A stretch of DNA of 64,000 nucleotides. Origin: a virus. The notes under the pieces were generated by a model. That model worked only from the letters and a program-made list of their open reading frames with translations, searched no databases and was not told where the DNA came from. The DNA lies in the IMG/VR virus record IMGVR_UViG_3300031951_006582, positions 1 to 64,000 of that record. One strand, given 5' to 3'. This document shows positions 9,294 to 20,024 of the stretch, in pieces. A program made the translations under genes and the position numbers. The first letter of the stretch is position 1. Every line of letters begins with the position of its first letter.

Positions 9294-12200
9294 ATGGCAC
9301 TAGTATCCCCAGGTGTAGAAGTTACGATTACAGATCAATCACAGTATCTTCCAGCACCCACAAACTCAATTCCTTTTATTCTGCTTGCTACTGCACAGAA
9401 TAAAGCAAACCCGAACGGCACTGGAGTAGCATCTGGTACTACAGCCGCTAACGCAGGCAAGCTATTCCAAGTAACAAGTCAGCGTGATCTTGTAACTCTT
9501 TACGGCGACCCGTTCTTTTACTCTACTTCAAACGGTACTCCAATTCAGGGTTATGAATTGAACGAGTACGGTTTGCTTGCTGCATACTCAGCACTTGGTA
9601 TCACCAATCGTGTATTCTGCGTAAGAGCAGACATTGACCTAGCAAGTCTCGTGGGTCAGACTGGTCGTCCAAGCGGTGAACCAGCAGCCGGTTCATACTG
9701 GTTAGACACAACCTCTTCAACTTGGGGTATCAATGAGTTCAATGCTGTTACTGGACAGTTTGAATTGCAGCTACCTATCGTAATCACTGACCCAGAACTA
9801 TTAACAGGTGGTTACCCCGTTCAATCAATAGGAACTCCTGGTGATTATGCAGTAAATGCAATCCCCACTTATGATTTCCCTAGCGCACCAACAGCAGTTC
9901 AGTTCTTTTATAAGAATAGTGCAAACGTTTGGGTGTCTATTGGTTCTCCGGAATGGTTAGCTTCATGGCCAACCGTTACAGGTTCCAACACTGTTACTAC
10001 GTTTACTCCTGGTAATACTATCACTATCACAATTGATAACGGTGCAAGTGCAACTATTACTGTTCCAAGCTCACCCAATAACACTCTTGCAAATTTGGTA
10101 TCACAAATCAATTCATTGGGATATGCATATTTGTCAGCCGGTTCAACTAATCAAAGACTGCAATTATTTTCTAAACAGCCTGCTTCTACACTTGGTGATC
10201 TTGTTCCCTATAGTTTAGGAATTTCAGGAACTGGTACTATTCTTACTACTTTGGGTATTCAAGCCGGAACTTATTATCAGCCTGGAGTTGCATATGGAAC
10301 TTCTTCACAGCAACCTCTCTGGACTGCTGGACAGACATATCCTAGACCAAACGGTTCAGTCTGGTTTAAGGTTGGTACAGCCGGATCCGGTCTAAACACT
10401 GCGATTTCTGAGTGGGATAGCATTACTAATAATTGGGTACCTAAAACAATAGCTTATGCTACTTCAGATGTTAATGCTATTACTGCACTTGACTCAACTG
10501 GTGGTAAGAATATTCCAGCAGGAACTGTATACACGCAGTATAATTTCGATGCATCAACATCTGCGATTGACAATGATTCCCCACTATACTATTGGGAAAG
10601 AATTGCAACAGGTCCAACTGTAATCACCGGTAGTGTTACTAATCCACAATTCACTAATGGAGCATACACACTTAATGTGTGGGCATCAGTACCAGGATCA
10701 AGTATTTTAGGTGAATACACCGTTTCGCTAAACGATAACAGCGATGCTCAAGACTTCGTAGATGCTTGGAATAGTGCAGCTATACCGTTCACTACTGCAA
10801 GTGTTACCTCTGCCGGTGCAATTCAACTTACGCACACTCAGGGCGGAACAATTAATATGAGCGACTTTAGTTCAGTTGATGGTTTTAGCTCTGGCTTAAT
10901 TGAGGACGCTGGATTTATTTCTGGTTCAACCCTAGGTGTTAAAACTGGATTTAGCTATGAAGTTAATTTCCAACCAGATCAAACATCAACTGATAGTGTT
11001 GATGGTGCAGGCTTGGTAGTCAACGTTCAGACTGCATATCAGAAGTATTATGTAAATCCGACCGCATTTCCAAATGCAGGTGGCGACTACTTAGTAGGTG
11101 ATACTGTAACTTTTTCAGGAGCTGATTTAGGCGGTACAAGCCCAGCCAATGATTTGGTTGTTGTCGTAACCGCAGTGAACCCTGGAACAGGTGAAGTATT
11201 AGCAGTTACTCCGGCTTCTGGCACACCTAACCAAGCAGCAGCCATGTACACAACTTTATTATCAAATTGGGTAGAGTTTGAAATGACTGCAAACGAAGGT
11301 GCACCCGTAGCTGCTCCTGCAAACAACACTAACTGGTTCTACTCAGTAGTAGATCAAGTTGATATTATGGTCAACACTACTGCAGGTTGGAGAGGATATA
11401 GAAATGCCAACTATGACAGCAACGGTTTCCCTCTTCCTTCAGGATCAAACACAACTGATCCTAACGGACCAATCGTAAGTGCTACTGAGCCAACCGTACA
11501 GAGTGACGGAACTGCACTTGCGTTTGGTGATCTTTGGATTGACACAAGTGATCTTGAAAACTATCCAATCATCAATCGTTGGCAGCTTGTAGAAGGTGCC
11601 GGATCATGGGTAAGAATTGATAATGCAGATCAGACAAGTTCAACTGGTGTTCTATTTGCAGATGCACGTTGGGCACAAAACGGCACAACTGACCCAGTTG
11701 ACGATCCGATCCCATCAATCGTTACTTTGCTAACCAGCAATTATCTAGATGTTGATGCTCCAGCAGACGAACTTTATCCAGTAGGTATGCTATTGTTTAA
11801 CACTCGTCGTTCAGGCTACAATGTTAAGCAATATCGTGTGAATTATTTCAATGCAGAAAGATTCCCTGATACTTCATTGCCTACTGAAAAGAATACTTGG
11901 GTATCTGTTTCTGGATTGCAATCGAACGGCGCACCGTTCATGGGTCGTAAGGCTCAGAGAGCAATGGTTGTTCAAGCATTGAGAGCAGCAATTGATACCA
12001 ATTCTGCCCTACGTGATGAAGACAACGCATTCAACTTGCTTGCTACTCCGAACTATCCTGAACTACAGCCTAACATGGTTGTACTCAACAATGATAGAGG
12101 ACAGACTGGATTTATCATTGGTGATACTCCAATGAGACTCCCAGAGAATGCAACTGCAATTCAAGCGTGGGCAACTAACGCAGCAGGCGCAACTTCAACA

Positions 12201-12884
12201 GGTGAAGAAGGTCTTGTAACTCGTGATACTTATATGGGTCTATTCTACCCATCAGGTATTGCCCCTGATCTATCAGGTAATCTCGTAGCAGTTCCCCCAT
12301 CACACATGATGATCAGAACTATTCTACGTAACGACAACATTGCGTTCCCTTGGTTCGCCCCAGCCGGTACTCGTCGCGGTATCATTGACAATGCTACAAG
12401 CATTGGATATCTCGATAGTGCAACAGGTGAGTTTGTCTCAATGAGAACTAACATCGGAATTCGTGACGTACTGTACACGAATCAGATTAACCCATTGGTA
12501 TTCTTCACTGGTAACGGACTATTGAACTATGGTAATAAGTCAAGCTTCAACTCAAGTTCTGCTCTTGACAGAATCAACGTTGCAAGACTTGTTGCTTACA
12601 TTCGTCGTCAATTGACACTTGCAGCAAGACCGTTCGTATTCGAACCAAATGATGCATTGACAAGACAAGAGATTTCAGGTGTTGTTGAAACACTAATGGT
12701 TGATCTTGTTGCTAAGAGAGGTATCTATGACTATCTCGTAGTTTGCGATGAATCAAATAACACACCAGCACGTATTGACAGAAACGAGCTTTGGGTAGAC
12801 GTAGCAATTGAGCCTGTTAAGGCAATTGAATTCATCTACATTCCGGTTCGTGTGTTCAATACAGGTGAGATTTCAGGACAATAA
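9294..12884 (+). CDS. Tail sheath protein (gp18-like) with large insertion domains
   Basis: MALVSPGVEVTITDQS N-terminus; PWFAPAGTRRG, ALDRINVARL, FEPND, VCDESNNTP, IEPVKAIEFIYI. Confidence 0.95.
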   Translation: MALVSPGVEVTITDQSQYLPAPTNSIPFILLATAQNKANPNGTGVASGTTAANAGKLFQVTSQRDLVTLYGDPFFYSTSNGTPIQGYELNEYGLLAAYSALGITNRVFCVRADIDLASLVGQTGRPSGEPAAGSYWLDTTSSTWGINEFNAVTGQFELQLPIVITDPELLTGGYPVQSIGTPGDYAVNAIPTYDFPSAPTAVQFFYKNSANVWVSIGSPEWLASWPTVTGSNTVTTFTPGNTITITIDNGASATITVPSSPNNTLANLVSQINSLGYAYLSAGSTNQRLQLFSKQPASTLGDLVPYSLGISGTGTILTTLGIQAGTYYQPGVAYGTSSQQPLWTAGQTYPRPNGSVWFKVGTAGSGLNTAISEWDSITNNWVPKTIAYATSDVNAITALDSTGGKNIPAGTVYTQYNFDASTSAIDNDSPLYYWERIATGPTVITGSVTNPQFTNGAYTLNVWASVPGSSILGEYTVSLNDNSDAQDFVDAWNSAAIPFTTASVTSAGAIQLTHTQGGTINMSDFSSVDGFSSGLIEDAGFISGSTLGVKTGFSYEVNFQPDQTSTDSVDGAGLVVNVQTAYQKYYVNPTAFPNAGGDYLVGDTVTFSGADLGGTSPANDLVVVVTAVNPGTGEVLAVTPASGTPNQAAAMYTTLLSNWVEFEMTANEGAPVAAPANNTNWFYSVVDQVDIMVNTTAGWRGYRNANYDSNGFPLPSGSNTTDPNGPIVSATEPTVQSDGTALAFGDLWIDTSDLENYPIINRWQLVEGAGSWVRIDNADQTSSTGVLFADARWAQNGTTDPVDDPIPSIVTLLTSNYLDVDAPADELYPVGMLLFNTRRSGYNVKQYRVNYFNAERFPDTSLPTEKNTWVSVSGLQSNGAPFMGRKAQRAMVVQALRAAIDTNSALRDEDNAFNLLATPNYPELQPNMVVLNNDRGQTGFIIGDTPMRLPENATAIQAWATNAAGATSTGEEGLVTRDTYMGLFYPSGIAPDLSGNLVAVPPSHMMIRTILRNDNIAFPWFAPAGTRRGIIDNATSIGYLDSATGEFVSMRTNIGIRDVLYTNQINPLVFFTGNGLLNYGNKSSFNSSSALDRINVARLVAYIRRQLTLAARPFVFEPNDALTRQEISGVVETLMVDLVAKRGIYDYLVVCDESNNTPARIDRNELWVDVAIEPVKAIEFIYIPVRVFNTGEISGQ

Positions 12885-12889
12885 TTAAG

Positions 12890-12917
12890 TTAATGGGTGC
12901 CCCCGGGCACCCATTAA
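12890..12917 (+). terminator. Stem-loop after sheath gene, followed by late promoter TAAATA (12925-12930)
   Basis: TTAATGGGTGCC...GGCACCCATTAA inverted repeat. Confidence 0.65.
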
Positions 12918-12950
12918 TAAAAGATAAATACTTATAACAGGAGAATACAA

Positions 12951-13595
12951 ATGGCAACAGCCTCACAATCATTGTTCAACATGACCGTAGCATCTGATAA
13001 CGCAGGCGGCAACCAAGGTCTGTTGATGCCTAAACTACAGTTCCGCTTTAGAGTCAACTTCTTGAACTTTGGGGTTGATGTTAATGGCGGACTACAATTA
13101 ACTAAGCAAGTAGTAGATTGTTCAAGACCAAACCTCTCATTTGAAGAAGTTACATTGAACGTTTACAACTCAAGAATGTATCTTGCAGGTAAGCATACTT
13201 GGTCAGAACTAACCGTCAACGTTCGTGATGACGCTGCTGGTACTGTTTCAAAAGCAGTCGGTCAGCAGATTCAAAAGCAATTTGACTTCGTTGAGCAGGC
13301 ATCTGCTGCAACTGGTCAAGACTATAAGTTCCAAACAAACATTGAAATTCTAGACGGTGGTAACGGCGCTCTTGCTCCGACTGTTCTTGAAACTTGGGAA
13401 TGCTACGGTTGCTTCATCAAGTCTGCTAACTATAACCAGTTAGCATATGGAACAAACGATCCAGCAACTATTGCTCTATCTATTCGTTACGACAACGCAA
13501 TTCAAGCACCACTCACAAGCGGTGTTGGTCAGTTGGTTGGTCGTGCGTTCAACGGCGTAGACGGCATCGTAACTGGTATTGGCGCACAACTTTAA
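12951..13595 (+). CDS. Tail tube protein (gp19-like)
   Basis: Follows sheath; PKLQFRFRV, YLAGKHTW, ETWECYGCF, IRYDNA. Confidence 0.85.
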   Translation: MATASQSLFNMTVASDNAGGNQGLLMPKLQFRFRVNFLNFGVDVNGGLQLTKQVVDCSRPNLSFEEVTLNVYNSRMYLAGKHTWSELTVNVRDDAAGTVSKAVGQQIQKQFDFVEQASAATGQDYKFQTNIEILDGGNGALAPTVLETWECYGCFIKSANYNQLAYGTNDPATIALSIRYDNAIQAPLTSGVGQLVGRAFNGVDGIVTGIGAQL

Positions 13596-13610
13596 TAGTT
13601 AGGACAATAA

Positions 13611-14888
13611 ATGACTTTAGGTAATTGGGGTCAAAGTCTATTAGATGGGGCTGCCTCAGCATTATTTGGCAGCCCCTACCTAAGAGATTTCCAGCACGCT
13701 TCTAAAACGTTTAGACCTGATTCTTACACACATGCCCCTAAACTAAAATTCCTCTTCCATACATACTTTGAAATCAATCCTGAAGCATACTTCGGCACTC
13801 CCCCAAATATCGGCATACTTGTAAAAGAAGTTAGGCTTCCTTCTTTTACGATGGATGTTGCACAATTGAATCAGTACAATAGAAAAAGACTTGTTCAGTC
13901 CAAAATCAAATACGATCCTATAGAAATAGTATTCCACGATGACAATGGCAACAACGTTAATGCTATGTGGGAACAATATTACCAATATTATTACAATGAC
14001 GGAAATAGACCCGGACAGGTATTGCGCGGAAACAGAGGAAATAATAGATTCTTTCAATTAGGAGATAATGACGCTATTACTAGTTATAACAGTAGTAATA
14101 TATATACCGAAACCGATGGTTCGGAAGATCACAGTTGGGGTCTAAAAGGGGGCGCAACTAATCCTGACGGAGTTAAAGTACCATTCTTTAAAAACATCAC
14201 AATATTTGGGTTAAATCAACATGATTTTACTGCATATACCTTAATTAATCCAATGATCACTAACTTCGCTCACGACACTTACAACTACGCTGAAGGGTCG
14301 GGCATAATGCAAAACAGAATGACTATTGATTATGAAACAGTAGTCTACAATTCAGGCTCTTTAGATGGAAGAAGCCCGGGAGACATTGTTACTGGTTTTG
14401 GTGATGAAGCTAATTATGACAGAACTCGTAGTCCTATTATGTCAGCCGGCGCCAACGGAACAATATTAGGTAGAGGTGGTTTGATTGATGCAGCAGGCGG
14501 CGCAATCAGAGCATTGGGCAGAGGTGATATATTTGGTGCAGCAAACACTGGATTAAACTTACTTGATAGAGCTACAAATCGAAATTTTGGTCAAAGTTTG
14601 GTAGAAGGCGCAGCTTTTGATTTGGGCAGTATGTTTGTTGATGCTATAACTAATACTCCAACTAACAGAAATAGAAATACACTTTTTTCTCTTCCGGGCG
14701 CAAGTCAAACACCGGGATTAAGCGGTCTCGCAGGCTCACCTACAATTGATGCAAGACGAACCCCGCAGCCTGTACTCAGCGAACCAACAGCTGGTGCACA
14801 ATTTAATGGGAATCAAGTTCCTCCCGGATTTCCGGTAGAGGCACCGTTTGGTGGAAACTTCAATACTGGACCCGGCGGAGCAGCATAA
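13611..14888 (+). CDS. Tail-tube-like / baseplate hub protein (gp48/gp54-like)
   Basis: VKEVRLPSF, YDPIEIVFHDD, YTLINPMITNF, MTIDYE tube-fold motifs. Confidence 0.6.
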   Translation: MTLGNWGQSLLDGAASALFGSPYLRDFQHASKTFRPDSYTHAPKLKFLFHTYFEINPEAYFGTPPNIGILVKEVRLPSFTMDVAQLNQYNRKRLVQSKIKYDPIEIVFHDDNGNNVNAMWEQYYQYYYNDGNRPGQVLRGNRGNNRFFQLGDNDAITSYNSSNIYTETDGSEDHSWGLKGGATNPDGVKVPFFKNITIFGLNQHDFTAYTLINPMITNFAHDTYNYAEGSGIMQNRMTIDYETVVYNSGSLDGRSPGDIVTGFGDEANYDRTRSPIMSAGANGTILGRGGLIDAAGGAIRALGRGDIFGAANTGLNLLDRATNRNFGQSLVEGAAFDLGSMFVDAITNTPTNRNRNTLFSLPGASQTPGLSGLAGSPTIDARRTPQPVLSEPTAGAQFNGNQVPPGFPVEAPFGGNFNTGPGGAA

Positions 14889-14896
14889 ATAGTATT

Positions 14897-15253
14897 ATGG
14901 CTATATTCAGTGTAACATCTTTGGGAAATACCGTAAGAGTTTTTGATAACTTTTATTCCAACGCACTTAAAGTAAACTCAACAGACTGGGATGTTGTGTA
15001 CTCATTCTTTTTGGGCAATTCAAATAATAAGCTAGAGGCAAGCAATTTTGCATCATTGCTGTTCTTTATTGCACAAGAAGGTCAATTCAATGTATTAGAC
15101 TTACTTGCTACAATTAAAGGTAAGACTACTAAGTTACAGATGAATCAAGTAATTTGCTATTACCTAAACACGTTCAGACCCAAAACAACTTTATACGGTG
15201 TGGGAATTATACCTAAACCAAACGAAGCAGTACAACGCAACGTAGTATTGTAA
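14897..15253 (+). CDS. Hypothetical virion-associated protein
   Basis: TAAATA 5 nt upstream of ATG. Confidence 0.65.
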   Translation: MAIFSVTSLGNTVRVFDNFYSNALKVNSTDWDVVYSFFLGNSNNKLEASNFASLLFFIAQEGQFNVLDLLATIKGKTTKLQMNQVICYYLNTFRPKTTLYGVGIIPKPNEAVQRNVVL

Positions 15254-15254
15254 C

Positions 15255-15689
15255 ATGGGTAAGTGGGCACAAGGCAAATACACGCCTAAAAATCCACAGA
15301 AGTATATAGGTAATAACCAGCCCAAATATCGTTCCGGTTGGGAACTCACTTTCATGACATTCTGTGATAGTAACGATAGCATCATATATTGGGCTAGCGA
15401 ATCAATGAGAATTCCATATAAACATCCGTTAACCGGTAAGCCTACAATCTATGTTCCTGACTTCTTTGTAGTATATCAAAACAGATTTGGTAAGCAAGTT
15501 GCTGAAGTCGTTGAGATAAAACCAAAGAAACAGAGTATCATTGAAAGCAAAGTTGCAAGCGCCAAAGATAGAATGGTAGTAGCAATCAATCACGCTAAGT
15601 GGACAGCAGCAATGGCATACTGTAAGAGCCAAGGACTAACCTTTAGAGTCATCACCGAAGATGATATCTTTTACAACGGGCGCAAGTAA
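15255..15689 (+). CDS. Head completion nuclease (T4 gp4 / TnsA-like PD-(D/E)xK)
   Basis: YRSGWE, WASE, YVPDF, EIKP, FRVITEDDIF. Confidence 0.85.
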   Translation: MGKWAQGKYTPKNPQKYIGNNQPKYRSGWELTFMTFCDSNDSIIYWASESMRIPYKHPLTGKPTIYVPDFFVVYQNRFGKQVAEVVEIKPKKQSIIESKVASAKDRMVVAINHAKWTAAMAYCKSQGLTFRVITEDDIFYNGRK

Positions 15690-15703
15690 AACTAAATACT
15701 TGT

Positions 15704-16186
15704 ATGACCAAAAAGCTTGAAGAACTATTTGAATTAGCATCATCCGACGAGAATGATTTGACTATTCCTTTGCCTGAAGTTACTGAAGAAGTGACAGAAA
15801 ACGCACTAAGCACATTAGATAAGATTGAAGCAGCACTTCCTCAAGTTAAGGGACTTGAAGCGGCTGACACTGAGATGGATGAGCTGGCAGAACTTGCTAC
15901 GTCAAGCTACAAAGACTTGATGGATCTTGGGATGCAAGTTGAATCTCGTTTTAGCTCGGAAATCTTCAATAGTGCAAGTAGTATGTTAGGTCACGCTATT
16001 ACAGCTAAAACAGCAAAGATTAACAAGAAATTAAAGATGCTTGACCTACAGATGAAGAAAGCCCAACTTGATCAGAAAATGCAGTCAAAGAGCGAAGAAG
16101 TAGAGAATACTCCATTGGGTGAGGGTAAGTCACTTGACCGCAACGAATTGCTCAAGATGTTCAACACCAAAAATAACGATCAATGA
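15704..16186 (+). CDS. Hypothetical coiled-coil protein (possible small terminase subunit)
   Basis: Helical, late promoter 5 nt upstream; function is inference only. Confidence 0.45.
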   Translation: MTKKLEELFELASSDENDLTIPLPEVTEEVTENALSTLDKIEAALPQVKGLEAADTEMDELAELATSSYKDLMDLGMQVESRFSSEIFNSASSMLGHAITAKTAKINKKLKMLDLQMKKAQLDQKMQSKSEEVENTPLGEGKSLDRNELLKMFNTKNNDQ

Positions 16187-16218
16187 TAAATACATAATAT
16201 AATATTGCAGGAAACCAT

Positions 16219-16848
16219 ATGCGCAGTCTAAAACAATACATCATAGAAAGTGTTCACACTTACGATTATACTGTCAAAATTGCGGGCCAAGTTGATAAGA
16301 ATTGGCTTGACATGTTCAAGTATAATCTTAAGAAGTTTGATCCAATTGAAATTTCAGAACCAAAGACCACACCTATTCAAAAGAGTCCATATGGATTCAA
16401 TGAGGTAACGAACGAGCCAGTAACTCTAATCAAGTGCAAGTTCCGTTATCCTGCTACTGAGCCAATGGTTCAGCAAATTGCTCAGTTGTTGGGCTACAAT
16501 GTGAACATGGTTCGTCTTGTAAAGACCGGTTATGATGAGAGTGTCACTTCTGAAATGGAAGGCTATGTAAATCAAATGGAGCATAGCCCTGTTCTAACTC
16601 ACGAAGAACTTGAAGAACAACCTGGTGCTAAGGAAGCTGCTAAGGCATATGGTAACAGCTATCTTGACAGCATCAAAGAACAAACTAAGGATGACAAGAT
16701 TGACATTCCTTACGAAGGCACAAAGACACCGGCAGCATTTGATCCTTTCAAGCCAGAAACATTAATGTCAACAATGGGCAAAGATAGTCCAATGAGCAAG
16801 ATTACTCGTCCAGCTAAGCCACAAACCGGCGCAATGGGAGGCAGATAA
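16219..16848 (+). CDS. Putative head protein with propeptide MRSLKQYIIE
   Basis: Late promoter 16187-16192; N-terminus resembles T4 capsid-targeting sequence. Confidence 0.55.
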   Translation: MRSLKQYIIESVHTYDYTVKIAGQVDKNWLDMFKYNLKKFDPIEISEPKTTPIQKSPYGFNEVTNEPVTLIKCKFRYPATEPMVQQIAQLLGYNVNMVRLVKTGYDESVTSEMEGYVNQMEHSPVLTHEELEEQPGAKEAAKAYGNSYLDSIKEQTKDDKIDIPYEGTKTPAAFDPFKPETLMSTMGKDSPMSKITRPAKPQTGAMGGR

Positions 16849-19800
16849 TGAAAGATATTTTAGGTAAGCTCTCAGCTATTGAAGCATCTGCACCAAAGAA
16901 GGCTGCTAAGAAGATGTTGAATGAAGATTCGACTACTCCTCCTATGAATGTCTCCAATAAGCCTGCCTCACTCAAGGATGTATTTGAGAATATGGCGATG
17001 CAGAGACCAATTCCTGTAGTAGGAAAACAAGGTGATACGCAGGAGACTGGAGCGGGATTCTTACACGTAACAGATAATAGTCCAGCAGCGCAAGCATTAA
17101 GCAATGCATTTGGCGATTTAGCAAGTCAGGGTAAAGCACAGATTGTGATGCCTACTTCAGGTCAAAAAACAGGCCAGCAGACTCAGCAAACTAAACCAAC
17201 CGGGCAGGCCGGTCAACAGCAACAAACAGGTCAGTCTGCTAAAGCCGGTGCTACTGGTCAGCAACTTGACGAACTATCACCTGACTTGTTAAAAAGAGCA
17301 GGTGCTGAGGCATCAAAAAGACAACAAGCAGCCAAAGGCCCACAATCTTTGGGTACAGAGTTTGAAGGTGGAATTGAACTGGGTTATGAAGTAAACGGTC
17401 AGAAAACTCATGTTGTCTCCCCTTCAGAAGCAGCAGAGCATATTGAAAAAGGAATACTCACCCCTGACACTAGGGTTATTGTATTTTCACCCTCCGGCCG
17501 CAAAACAGCAATGGTACTTGCTAGTAAAGTACCTGCACTAAAAGCGATGTTTAATCCACAAACCCCGGGCTCAAAGTTTTGGGGTATGAAAGCAGATAAA
17601 TTTGGCCAAGCAGCAAAGGCAGCAACTTCTAGAGACCAAGCTAAAGACTATTCTGCACAACAAACTGCGGGAATGAGTCCTGCTCAAAAGCGTCAGTTTG
17701 ATGCTATGTCAAAATCAGGTGCACTTGCAGAAGAACAGCTTGACGAACTATCACCGAAAACGCTTGCTTCCTACACTAAGAAGGCATCCGATGATTTGGT
17801 TGATAGAGCCGAAGATCATGCCTATATGAAGTCACCTGAGCGAGTGCCTGGAGGATATACCAAAGCAATAGCTCGCAATCAAGCCAAAGGCCTAAACAGG
17901 CAGCAAGGAATCAGCAGGGCAGTAGATAAACTTTCAGGCAATGCCAAAGTTCCTGCAAATGAGGGTGCAAAAGTTGATCGTATGGTCAAGCACATTGCTA
18001 AGTCAGAGCGTAAGCTAGGCAAGTCAAAGGACGAAGCAGAAGATATTGCATGGGCAACTGCTAACAAGCGCGGTATGCTTGACAACAAGAATAAGAAGAA
18101 GATGAAGGAAGCTGACATTCCATCAACAAACGGTATTGATACTATGGGTGCTGGTTTAGGTGCTGGTCGTAGCAGAACAACTTTAGAAGGTAAGAAGCCA
18201 GACTTCTTAGACCTAGACAAAGATGGTAACAAGAAAGAACCAATGAAAAAGGCAGCAGCCGACAAGAAAAAGAAAAAGGTAGATGAATCTATGAATCACA
18301 GAATTAGTGCAGCCCGCTTAGAGGGCAAATCACACGGTCTAAGAGGTCATGCACACTCTGGCAAGAGATACGAAGACCTAGAAGAAATGAAAGCATATCA
18401 CGAAGGCTACAAAGAAGGCCTTGATGAATGTTATGGTCAGGGCGTGTATGAAACTGCAATGCCAGCAACAGTTCCTGGTATGGCAAGCGCAGCAATGCCT
18501 ACTATGGAAGACGAAATGGAAGAAGGCATCAGAGATAATCTCAAGAAGGCAGGCATGGCCGCTGCATTGGGCGCAACTGCATTAGGTGCTGGGGGAATGG
18601 CTAAGGGTGCTTATGACTATCATCATAAGGAAATCCCAGGCATGGGCATGTCGCAGTCAGATTTTGACAAATCAATCGGTCATGATCCAGCTGCTGGTCG
18701 CAAAAGTTACTTTGGTACAAACACTAATGAAGCTGAAATGGATGAAGGCAATGCCTTCACAGCAGCACTTGCAAAGACTCCAAAGGGAGGCAAGTTCACA
18801 GTAGGCGGTAAGACATTCACTGATCGTACAAACTATGATACTAAAGTTGATGAGTATGCATTTGAAGCATGGGACCGCGAACTAAGTAATCTTCTTAACG
18901 AAGGTACTGAAGTTAACGAAGGTCTTTCAGTTTCAATCTCAAAAGATCAACAGAATTCACCAGACTCAGTAACTATCACTGCACAAGATGAAGAAGCAGA
19001 ACATCTTCTTGCATTCGTAAAGAACGCAGGTCTAGGCCTCTTCGGTGATGACCATGATCATTCACCTTCAAGCGCAATGTCAATTCAGCCGGCACACGGT
19101 GCGCCTGATGAAGTTGGCGCAGGTGGTGTTGACGTAGAAGTAGTTGACGGAAACGATGGCATCATGGGTCTCATGCAGAAGCTATCCGGAATTCAATCAG
19201 CAGGTGCTGATGACTACGAAGACGAAGAAGGTGACGAAGAACAGCTTTATGGCAATCATTCAGCAGCCGATAAAAAAGATTGCGGCGATTATGATCAACC
19301 TTCTAACGAAGACACTTGCAACGAATGCGGTGGAATGATGGAAACTGGACATAGTTGCGGTTCAAAAGAAATGGTTGATGAAGTAGAATCAGAAGACCAA
19401 ATGGAATTTGAAGTAGCAGAAGACAATGCTCCTGATTCAGGCGCAGCAGAAACTACTGCTGATGAAAACGCTGAAGCTGAAGAAGATAAAGCCCTTGCTC
19501 TTAAGAGCGTAAACGAATCATTCTTTGATATTTTGGCTCGCCTTGAACAATTGTCAGAAGGTTCAGGTGATGAACCAAAGCATCCTAAGCATCACGAAAA
19601 AGATGAAAAAGATTACGATGACGCTGAAGAAGAGGAAGAAGTTAAGGAATCAGCAGATGAAGACTCAGCCGAAGACCTAACTGAATGGGCCAACAATGCA
19701 GGCAAGAAGGGTACTGATGCATCTTTTGAGGCAGACATTGACTTCATGACTAAAGTTATCGCAGGCGGACTCAACAAGCCTAAGTCAACCGGTCAGACAA

Positions 19801-19901
19801 CTGTTCCTGTCATTGCAGGTCAAGAAAACAGAATGCACGATCATCAAGGTACTGTAAGTGATTCAGTTGATGACTGGGTAAAGCTTGCAGGAATCAAATA
19901 A
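16848..19901 (+). CDS. Low-complexity modular internal head / prohead-core polyprotein
   Basis: About 20 (L/V/M)xE sites (QLDE x2, VDE, LNE, VNE, MDE, LTE); acidic C-terminal half; ends KLAGIK. Confidence 0.55.
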   Translation: MKDILGKLSAIEASAPKKAAKKMLNEDSTTPPMNVSNKPASLKDVFENMAMQRPIPVVGKQGDTQETGAGFLHVTDNSPAAQALSNAFGDLASQGKAQIVMPTSGQKTGQQTQQTKPTGQAGQQQQTGQSAKAGATGQQLDELSPDLLKRAGAEASKRQQAAKGPQSLGTEFEGGIELGYEVNGQKTHVVSPSEAAEHIEKGILTPDTRVIVFSPSGRKTAMVLASKVPALKAMFNPQTPGSKFWGMKADKFGQAAKAATSRDQAKDYSAQQTAGMSPAQKRQFDAMSKSGALAEEQLDELSPKTLASYTKKASDDLVDRAEDHAYMKSPERVPGGYTKAIARNQAKGLNRQQGISRAVDKLSGNAKVPANEGAKVDRMVKHIAKSERKLGKSKDEAEDIAWATANKRGMLDNKNKKKMKEADIPSTNGIDTMGAGLGAGRSRTTLEGKKPDFLDLDKDGNKKEPMKKAAADKKKKKVDESMNHRISAARLEGKSHGLRGHAHSGKRYEDLEEMKAYHEGYKEGLDECYGQGVYETAMPATVPGMASAAMPTMEDEMEEGIRDNLKKAGMAAALGATALGAGGMAKGAYDYHHKEIPGMGMSQSDFDKSIGHDPAAGRKSYFGTNTNEAEMDEGNAFTAALAKTPKGGKFTVGGKTFTDRTNYDTKVDEYAFEAWDRELSNLLNEGTEVNEGLSVSISKDQQNSPDSVTITAQDEEAEHLLAFVKNAGLGLFGDDHDHSPSSAMSIQPAHGAPDEVGAGGVDVEVVDGNDGIMGLMQKLSGIQSAGADDYEDEEGDEEQLYGNHSAADKKDCGDYDQPSNEDTCNECGGMMETGHSCGSKEMVDEVESEDQMEFEVAEDNAPDSGAAETTADENAEAEEDKALALKSVNESFFDILARLEQLSEGSGDEPKHPKHHEKDEKDYDDAEEEEEVKESADEDSAEDLTEWANNAGKKGTDASFEADIDFMTKVIAGGLNKPKSTGQTTVPVIAGQENRMHDHQGTVSDSVDDWVKLAGIK

Positions 19902-19931
19902 GCATAAGAACTTATACATAAAATTATGCTG

Positions 19932-19960
19932 AAATAGCCGGGCTAGTTCCCGGCTATTTT
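19932..19960 (+). terminator. Rho-independent terminator
   Basis: AAATAGCCGGG-ctagtt-CCCGGCTATTTT. Confidence 0.85.
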
Positions 19961-20024
19961 ATTGGGAATTGTAAATGTACATAAAACGATAAATACTATT
20001 AGACTATTAATAGGATTTCAATTC

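Noticed and set aside
15255-15689. TnsA-like nuclease as sign of a Tn7 transposon
   Set aside because: Context and motifs fit the T4 gp4 head-completion protein; no tnsB/C or transposon ends
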